Assembly (NCBI GenBank): GCA_030037075.1
Contig: JASHRX010000023.1
Location: forward strand, 4,008-68,007
Length of the DNA stretch: 64,000 nucleotides
Reading direction: 5' to 3'
Source: Candidatus Micrarchaeota archaeon
GTDB taxonomy: Archaea > Micrarchaeota > Micrarchaeia > Micrarchaeales > Micrarchaeaceae
Shown here: positions 16,380 to 23,600 of the stretch, one piece after another
Layout of the letters: each line of letters begins with the position of its first letter
Position numbering within the stretch: position 1 is the first letter of the stretch
Notes under the pieces: generated by a model
What the model was told of the DNA's origin: nothing
The model's input: the letters and a program-made list of their open reading frames with translations, nothing else
The model's database searches: none
Translations under genes and position numbers: made by a program

Positions 16380-17138
16380 ATGCTGTTTTTAGTCGGTACA
16401 GGAATTGCCTACAATGACATATCTATCAGAGCGGCAGAGAGGTGCAAGGGCTGCGATGTATACATCGAGAGGTACACCAGCCTTGTAGACGACGAGAAGG
16501 TAAGGTACCTCTCTGAGCTATTCGGGAAGAAAATAAGCTTCCTTAACAGGGAGGACTTGGAGGAGAAGGCGAAAGAGATAGTCGCAAGGGCCGCAAGCAA
16601 GAACATCGCGATACTTGTCGGTGGAGACCCTCTTACCGCAACGACTCACAAAATCCTTTTCATAGAGGCAAAGAAGCAGTCTGTGGGCGTAGAGGTGCTG
16701 CATTCCAGCTCAGCGATTTCAGCAATAACAGGTGAAAGCGGCCTTGACTTCTACAGGTTTGGGCAGGTGTGCACCATACCAAGATGGTCTGACAGGTACA
16801 AGCCAGTTTCATTCTATGAAACAATAGAAAGGAACCTATCACACAACCTACACTCACTCGTCCTTCTCGACTACTATCCGGAAAAGGGCAGCACTCTCTC
16901 CTTGCACGATGCCGTAAACGAGCTCCTGGCCGCGGAGGAATTCTACAAGAAAGGAATAATAGAAGGTGGCACCAAGGTAATGACGATGCGAAACATAGGG
17001 CTAAGCAACCAAGAGGTAAAAATGACAACTATTGAAGAAGCGAAGGCAGAAGTGGCCTCCGGCATGTTCGCCGTAATATTCCCAGCAAAGCTTTCAGAGG
17101 TAGAGAAAGAGACCATCGATGGAATGACAATGGTGTGA
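16380..17138 (+). CDS. dph5: Diphthine synthase
   Basis: MLFLVGTGI...CDVYIERYTS N-terminus and GDPLTATTH motif of the tetrapyrrole-methylase-fold Dph5. Confidence 0.85.
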   Translation: MLFLVGTGIAYNDISIRAAERCKGCDVYIERYTSLVDDEKVRYLSELFGKKISFLNREDLEEKAKEIVARAASKNIAILVGGDPLTATTHKILFIEAKKQSVGVEVLHSSSAISAITGESGLDFYRFGQVCTIPRWSDRYKPVSFYETIERNLSHNLHSLVLLDYYPEKGSTLSLHDAVNELLAAEEFYKKGIIEGGTKVMTMRNIGLSNQEVKMTTIEEAKAEVASGMFAVIFPAKLSEVEKETIDGMTMV

Positions 17139-18304
17139 GTATCCTCACGATAAACTACGATGCAAAGGAAGGGGCCGTTTACGCGGCAGACCAGTCTACA
17201 GTAGACACGCTCAAGGAGGGCAGCATAGGCACCTACAAGGACGGCAGGCTCTATCTCGAGCCAGAGGAGGCAATGTACCTGATGGACGTCAGGAAAACAG
17301 AGTGCGTCTCTTCTGCAACAGGCGCATCTCTGTCATTCAACGACCTTGCCGAGAAGTACGCAAAGAGCAAGAAGCTAATGGCGAGGTACTTCACGTACAA
17401 AGACTGGAGGGACCGCGGCCTGATAGTGAAGAGTAACGACTTCGAGGCAAAGCAGAATACAAAGACACCAATAAAGAGATACCCCTCATCGAAGCTCAGG
17501 CTCGCAGGGTACAAGCTAACCGGGGTCTTCTTCCCCGAAGACATGACAACCGTAGCCGAGGACTCGCACGACAGCAAGGTCATATACACGGAACTGTGGT
17601 TTGGCCAGTATGGGACGTACAAGCTCGGAGAGCACGGCATACTGAACAAGCTGGATGTCTACGAAACCCTCTACCTTATCGACAACAATGTGCTTACTGT
17701 ATCAAACAGCACCAGGAACGAGGTCTACAACACCGCGTACCAGCGGAGGTCGGATTTCCCAAAGCTCTACCAGGTGTACAGCGACTGGCGCGACAAGGGC
17801 TACGTCGTCAAGACGGGTTTCAAGTTCGGCACGCACTTCAGGATATATTTCCCGGGTGCGAAGCCCATACGCGACGACCCCTCATGGGTGCACTCAAAGC
17901 ACGTAATACACGTATTCCCCAGGGACGTGAAACTGCTCATATCGGAATGGGCGAGGGCAATACGCGTCGCGCACTCCGTCAGGAAGACGTTCATACTCGC
18001 GATACCAGGCAAGAGCCGGAAGAAGAACATGCACATTGACTTCCTGCTATACCACCGAAAGGGCAAGGAAACCGAGAACCCCAAGGAGGACGCGCCGAGG
18101 TACGCAATGCTTTCGCTCAGCGAGGACGAGTATATTGGGGGCAGCGAGCTCTCAGGTGTCATAAACGAGGCCAAGCAGAGGAAGCTTGAGCTGATAATTG
18201 CGATAGCGGACAGGGAGACAGCTGTCACATACTACAAAGTGAGAAGGATAGAGCTGCCAAAGAGCCCATACGAGTACTACGAGATAGACTGGATGCAGCC
18301 CTAG
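17135..18304 (+). CDS. endA: tRNA-splicing endonuclease, single-chain three-unit type
   Basis: A catalytic unit (YSDWRDKGYVVKTGFKFGTHFRIYF...HSKHVIHVF...SVRKTF) lies between an N-terminal EndA-like unit (YKDWRDRGLIVKS, no catalytic triad) and a C-terminal structural unit. At 389 aa it is about twice a homotetramer-type EndA. Confidence 0.8.
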   Translation: MSILTINYDAKEGAVYAADQSTVDTLKEGSIGTYKDGRLYLEPEEAMYLMDVRKTECVSSATGASLSFNDLAEKYAKSKKLMARYFTYKDWRDRGLIVKSNDFEAKQNTKTPIKRYPSSKLRLAGYKLTGVFFPEDMTTVAEDSHDSKVIYTELWFGQYGTYKLGEHGILNKLDVYETLYLIDNNVLTVSNSTRNEVYNTAYQRRSDFPKLYQVYSDWRDKGYVVKTGFKFGTHFRIYFPGAKPIRDDPSWVHSKHVIHVFPRDVKLLISEWARAIRVAHSVRKTFILAIPGKSRKKNMHIDFLLYHRKGKETENPKEDAPRYAMLSLSEDEYIGGSELSGVINEAKQRKLELIIAIADRETAVTYYKVRRIELPKSPYEYYEIDWMQP

Positions 18305-18961
18305 TCACTTTCCTTTGCCCTTCAGGCTCTTCAGCTCCTGCTCGAGTGCCGCGATCCTCTTCTGCGTGCCCTCGTCAGACCCTCCGCCCCTCTTCCTGGC
18401 CGCCGGCTTCCTCATCTTCAACGCAAAGGCGGCAGCGCACACAACAACCACAGCAACTATAACGCCGGCTATGATGTATAGCGCCTGGGAGCTTATCGAG
18501 AAGCCTTTCTTGGGCGGCGGTGCATTTGAATAGATTATAACTTCCTTGCCCAGTCCTCCCTGTATTACCGCGCCGCCGGGGTTGCTCGCATTTGTGCTTG
18601 CCAGCACCTGCATTATGCCATCCCACTTCACCCCTACCTGGTCTGTTGCGGGCATGGAAACGCTCACAAGCACGGTCGTCTGCTGTCCGGGCTGCAGCGT
18701 TCCTGATAGCGGCGTCACAGTGACCGTCGGGTTTATGTTGTTCCCTACTGGGTTATACTGCGGCGGCGAAACAGTGTACGCTATGTCTGCTGACCCGCCA
18801 TCGAATATAGTGTAGCTGAGCGTCTGGTTGCCCCCAAGGCTCACGTTGAATACCAACGACCCTGCTGACTGGCCCAGGTTCTGCGCCCGTGCCTGCGTGC
18901 TAAAAAGGGTGAGAAGCAGCACAGAGGCAAGCGTAATCGTAATCGCGGTTTTGATATTCAT
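18305..18961 (-). CDS. Sec-exported single Ig-like-domain protein with a C-terminal TM anchor and a basic coiled cytoplasmic tail
   Basis: Signal peptide ending ...QARA|QN, a ~125-aa beta-rich domain, a PPPKK hinge, TM ALYIIAGVIVAVVVVCAAAFAL, and the tail KMRKPAARKRGGG...KRIAALEQELKSLKGKGK. Confidence 0.7.
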   Translation of the reverse strand: MNIKTAITITLASVLLLTLFSTQARAQNLGQSAGSLVFNVSLGGNQTLSYTIFDGGSADIAYTVSPPQYNPVGNNINPTVTVTPLSGTLQPGQQTTVLVSVSMPATDQVGVKWDGIMQVLASTNASNPGGAVIQGGLGKEVIIYSNAPPPKKGFSISSQALYIIAGVIVAVVVVCAAAFALKMRKPAARKRGGGSDEGTQKRIAALEQELKSLKGKGK

Positions 18962-18980
18962 CTAAAGCGCACTTTATTTA

Positions 18981-19502
18981 TCAGCAGACATTAGTTATTA
19001 TAATGTTCTGCGAATAGGTGCTGGCCACCTGCCCGGCCGGGATTCCTAGGCCAAACCATACATTCGTGCTTGAGGAAGAGCCAACCACTATCGCTGTGTT
19101 GGCCGGTATAAGTGTCAGTGCCGTACCAGATGCGTAGCTTGTGGACGAGCTCGATGAATATACGGTGTTGCTCACGCCGAAGTTGTTGCCGCCCGACACC
19201 CAGTTACTGCCAGAAACCGCAATTACCGCCCCTCCGTTTCCTCCGTTAGTATCCAGCACGTTCTGCGATGTCGTGAGGCTGTTCTGGCTTGCGGTAATGG
19301 TACCGAATGATATGGACTGCGTGTTTAGCGATATTTCGCATCCTGCAGGCACCGTCAAAGATAGTATTACGTTCGGTGCTATCTGGTTCGTCGCATACGC
19401 GACCTGGACACCGAGCTGCAATGCCAACAGGGCAAGAAAGACCCCAGAGGCTATCCCTGCAGCTATAGCCACCCCGAGAATTCTTGATCTATCAGCATAC
19501 AT
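18981..19502 (-). CDS. Small secreted protein, paralog 1 of 3, with a Cys-terminated beta-rich domain
   Basis: 173 aa with an N-terminal hydrophobic signal ending VAYA and a mature domain ending TYSQNIIITNVC-stop. Its ATG overlaps the stop of paralog 2 (ATGTATGCTGA). Confidence 0.75.
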   Translation of the reverse strand: MYADRSRILGVAIAAGIASGVFLALLALQLGVQVAYATNQIAPNVILSLTVPAGCEISLNTQSISFGTITASQNSLTTSQNVLDTNGGNGGAVIAVSGSNWVSGGNNFGVSNTVYSSSSSTSYASGTALTLIPANTAIVVGSSSSTNVWFGLGIPAGQVASTYSQNIIITNVC

Positions 19503-20013
19503 TGGTTATCACCACGTTCTGCGAGTAAGTTCCCGCGGCCTGGCCAACCGGCACTCCCGTACCGAACCATATATTCGAGCTTGTAGCGCTCGCAACTGCA
19601 ATGTTAGTGTTCGCAGAAGCTGTAGTCAGCTGCGTTCCCGATGCATAGTTTGTTGCAGAGCTAGACGAGTATGTTGTGTTCTTGACCCCGAAGCTGTTCC
19701 CACCAGATATCCAGTTCCCTCCGTATACCCAAATGTATGTTCCAACGTTTCCTCCATTGGTGTCCAGCACGTTCTGCGATGTCGTAATCGAATTGACTCC
19801 GGGGTTCAGGTCTCCAAAATTGGCAGAGAAGACGTTCAGTGATATTGCGCACGAAGAGGGCACAGTCGCAGTAGCAATCACGTTCGGCGCTATTTGGTTT
19901 GCGTATGCCAAAGGCACAGCGCTCTGGAATAGAAACAAGACGGACATCGCGACTGCCGCAACTACAATTGCAACAACAGCGGCTCCAAGCATATTTCTAT
20001 TCGGCAAGGTCAA
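19492..20013 (-). CDS. Small secreted protein, paralog 2 of 3, with a Cys-terminated beta-rich domain
   Basis: 173 aa, signal ending LAYA, domain ending TYSQNVVITNVC-stop; a TATA-like CTTTATATATG lies about 30 nt upstream. Confidence 0.75.
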   Translation of the reverse strand: MTLPNRNMLGAAVVAIVVAAVAMSVLFLFQSAVPLAYANQIAPNVIATATVPSSCAISLNVFSANFGDLNPGVNSITTSQNVLDTNGGNVGTYIWVYGGNWISGGNSFGVKNTTYSSSSATNYASGTQLTTASANTNIAVASATSSNIWFGTGVPVGQAAGTYSQNVVITNVC

Positions 20014-20039
20014 TCGCCCAGCAAATTATCAAATCCTTA

Positions 20040-20050
20040 CATATATAAAG
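20040..20050 (-). promoter_or_regulatory. TATA box for paralog 2 (and the coupled paralog 1)
   Basis: The minus strand reads CTTTATATATG about 30 nt upstream of the start at 20013. Confidence 0.4.
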
Positions 20051-20069
20051 GTTTACTTTTCCTCGCTTG

Positions 20070-20591
20070 CTAGCACAGGTTTGTCACCAGTATGTTTTGT
20101 GTGTATGTGTCTGCCGTCTGTCCCGGTGGGATGCCGAGGCCGAACCAAATTGTTGCGCCAGACGCAGCCCCCACTGCAATGTTGGTGTTCGCAGGTATAA
20201 GTGTGAGTGCATTCGCTGATTTGAAAAGTACGCTGTTGCTGCTCGACCACACCGTGTTGCTTACTCCAAACGTGTCTAGTGCATTAGCCCCCATCCAGTT
20301 GCCTCCGCTCACTGCTACGAACGCGCCGCCGTTGCCGTTGTTCAAATCCAAGACATTCTGCGATGTCGTGACGGTGTTAGACCCAGCCAGTACCACGCCA
20401 AAGCTTATCGACTGCACCAACGATATCTCGCACGAGGCCGGCACGGTTAATGAGAGTATGACATTTGGGGCCACGGAGTTGTTTGCGTATGCAGGCACCA
20501 CGGCGTATTGCAGCATAAAAATTGAGGACACTGCAGCCAAGGCAAAAGCCGCTAGCACTATTGACCTGATTCCCAACTCGCGCAAAGACAA
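20070..20591 (-). CDS. Small secreted protein, paralog 3 of 3, with a Cys-terminated beta-rich domain (TTG start)
   Basis: 173 aa, signal ending PAYA, domain ending TYTQNILVTNLC-stop. The first in-frame start after an upstream stop is TTG. Confidence 0.7.
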   Translation of the reverse strand: MSLRELGIRSIVLAAFALAAVSSIFMLQYAVVPAYANNSVAPNVILSLTVPASCEISLVQSISFGVVLAGSNTVTTSQNVLDLNNGNGGAFVAVSGGNWMGANALDTFGVSNTVWSSSNSVLFKSANALTLIPANTNIAVGAASGATIWFGLGIPPGQTADTYTQNILVTNLC

Positions 20592-20618
20592 ACATCATCG
20601 CCAGTATCAATAAGCCTA

Positions 20619-20630
20619 GATAATATTTAA
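20619..20630 (-). promoter_or_regulatory. TATA box for paralog 3
   Basis: The minus strand reads TTTAAATATTAT about 30 nt upstream of 20591. Confidence 0.4.
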
Positions 20631-20655
20631 ATCTCTCATTTGGCCCCGTGCCAGG

Positions 20656-23600
20656 CTAGCACACATTCGTCAGCACTATATTCTGCGTGTATGTCCCGGC
20701 CACTTGCCCAGTTGGTATCCCCAAGCCGAAGTATATGCTGTTAGAGCCTCCAGAACCCGTATTTGCTGGTATAAGCACAAAAGTGTTCGAGGTTACCAAA
20801 GTAAGGGCGTTCCCGGCATAGCTGTCGTCGCTCGTGACGTCCCAGAGCGTGTTGCCCACGCCAAAATTGTTATCCCCAGATATCCAGTCGCCTCCATAAA
20901 CCCAAAGGTAGGCGGGGACCCCGCCGTTGTTAACGTCAGTAACTACCTGGGTCGTGCTGTACGTCTCGCTCGCTATTATGTCCCCAAACAGTATGCTGCT
21001 GGTGCTCAAGGATATCTGGCAGGCATTCGTGTTTGTGAAGCTGACGAGTACGGTATTCGGGGCCGCGGAAGTTCCCGACGACGGGTTAGGGATATAGTTT
21101 CCTGCGGAGAAAACATTCGCTATTGTATAAGAGTAGGAGCCCGGAGGGTCTGCAAAAACTATACTATTCGGGGCAATTGCATTAAGCGTTATTCCATTGT
21201 AAATGACGTTCCACGTCGCTCCTGCAGGAAGCCCGGATTCCGTGAAATTGATTACTCCCTCCAAGGTGCCGGGCGTGGCCCCGGGCATTATGCCGAGAGG
21301 CGGATAGGTCCGGGCGTTGACCCACTGAACAGTAAAGGAGTTTGTGGACGATGTTGGCGTAGTTGCCGCCAGCACCACAGAAAAGTACATCGCATTAATC
21401 GGTATAGTGGAGAGAGTCGTCACACTGTTCGCGAAGTAGTCGTAATGCTGGTTTTGTGACGCAGTGGCGTTCCATCCAATCCCTAAAACTTGCGGGAAAT
21501 TCCCGTTGGATAAAATCTTGGTGCCCAGTGCCGCAGTGCCAGAGGAGCTAATCTGTATGGGCACAACGTTTGCGCTACCCGCTAATCCATTAGAGCCCAC
21601 CATATAGCCTGACTCATAACCCTTGCCTCCCGCGGCGAACGTGACCGATGTGCTCTCCTCAAATCCAGCCGTCTTGGTGGATCCCTGTAATGTTTTGGGC
21701 GTAGTTATTAGGCCCGCGAACCAGTACGGCCACGCGGTGTATGCGTTCAAAGAAACAATGCCGGCACTATCTGCGGTTTCTGCGGTGAGCTTTAGGCCAT
21801 TGTCCACAGTTTCTGAAGCCCCTGTCCCGCCAACCGTACCGGACCACTTGCTCGTGTTGAGCGCGGCTCCCCTGAAATCATCATAGAAGCTAAATACCGT
21901 ATTCCCGTTGTCGTATTCGGCATATTGGTCGGAACCGCAGCCGGATATCGTGTTGGTTGGGTTCGAGCACGACAACTGTGGTGCCTCGCCAGTTGTAGTT
22001 CCATTCATCAGGGTAACGCTATTCACTGCGAATCCCATCAGGATTACTTGCGAGCTAAGGTCTCCGATGCCGAGGCCAGTGTTCATTCTTAGCCAGTATA
22101 CCGTATTTCCAGACGTGTATAGGTCGTTTGATGACTGCTCATTCACCAAGTTGCCGTCCAGCCAGGAGTCTATCAGCGTACCATTCGTATAGGCAAACTC
22201 TATGTTTGTCAGAGTGTTTGTTTCATACTGCTGGTACTCAAGACTATTCACCGCAACCATCTCCTGGAACCCCGTGCCTGTCCCTACGTTTTGATTGTTA
22301 GTCAGCGTAATTGGGACCCAATAGATTATGTTAGGAGGTATTATCGGCGTGCTCACAAAAGAGGAGGCATTGCCCAGCAAGTACACTCCCGATACCAGGG
22401 AGTTCGCAACCGCGCAGTAGTATGTTGGGATGGCAGGCGCGGCGAGGTACGTTGCCGAAGTCTGCCCGGATAAAATCGAAAGGCTGTTGCAAGCATACGT
22501 CGGCGAGGTATACCACTGCCAGGTGTATGAGCCTGAGCCCCCAGTAGCAGATGCAGTCAGTAGTACATTGCCACCGGGCGTTATTATGGGGTTATCGGGG
22601 GTTATTGTCACTGTAGGGTGCCCAGGGTTAGGCGGCAGGCTGTTGAAGGTGACGCTCGGCATTATCCCGTTCGGCGGATAGGCCCTGACTCTAGTCCAGT
22701 TCAGGCCATAGGCCGCACCATCGGTAGCCTGGCTTATAAATTCTATGTAGTACTGCTGCGAGGCAGGAGTGTTGGCCGCAGGCGTGTTCGAGCTCACAAT
22801 AAGATCGTTCACAGCGTATATCGCATTCGAAGCGGGAAGATACTGGGTTGAGAGGCCATAGGTTGTGCTAACAGGAGTCATTATGGCGCCGCCGTAAGAA
22901 ACATTGTGGGTAACTGTCTTGACGGCTGTTCCCATCAAAATATGCATTCCATTGAAAGCTATGTAAACCGCATTGGCTACATCTCCTCCTGTCTCAGAGA
23001 GAGCCCAAGTGGTGGTTGCTGCTCCACTGCCGCTTTTTCCGAAGTAGAATGCGCCCGGTCTGTATGTCATTCCGTTAGTAGTGATGTAGAAGTTTGCCTC
23101 CACAATGTTACCAGGGTTCACCAGCGGACTGTTGACAGCTACGGTCGCCCTCGTTATTCTTATACCATTGCCAGGGTCGGTCAACGACGCGCTGGAGCTC
23201 CATCCTGCTGGCAGGCCATTCGAGAAGTTCCAGTACTCCAAGAAGACGCTGTTCCCGTTGTCATATTGTCCATATGAAGTCTCAGGGCATCCATAGGGGC
23301 ACTGAAGTTGAGGCGCAGCCCCTGTCACCACGTTATCGAGCAGGTTTATTGAAGTGGGCGCGAATCCCATGAAAACGGTAACCGCATTCGCGCTAGACGG
23401 GTTTATCCCGTTCCACAGATTCAGCCAAAAAACGTCGTTTGACACGGTGTTCAGGCTGTTCGCCTGGAGTTCGTTAAGCTGGTTGCCTTCGAACCATGAA
23501 GGCACCAGGGTGCCGTTGGTATAGAAGAACTCTATGTTTGACATGTTCGACGACTCGTACGCCTGGTATGTGATGCTGTTAACTACCAGCATCTGCTGGA

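Noticed and set aside
18981-20591. The three 173-aa proteins as archaeal type IV pilins/archaellins (class III signal peptides).
   Set aside because: The charged N-termini lack the Lys/Arg at -2 and Gly/Ala at -1 pattern in a consistent position. All three have a conserved A-Y-A after the hydrophobic segment, typical of signal peptidase I. No PilB/FlaI ATPase, PilC/FlaJ platform or prepilin peptidase lies in the window. This is not fully excluded without a predictor.
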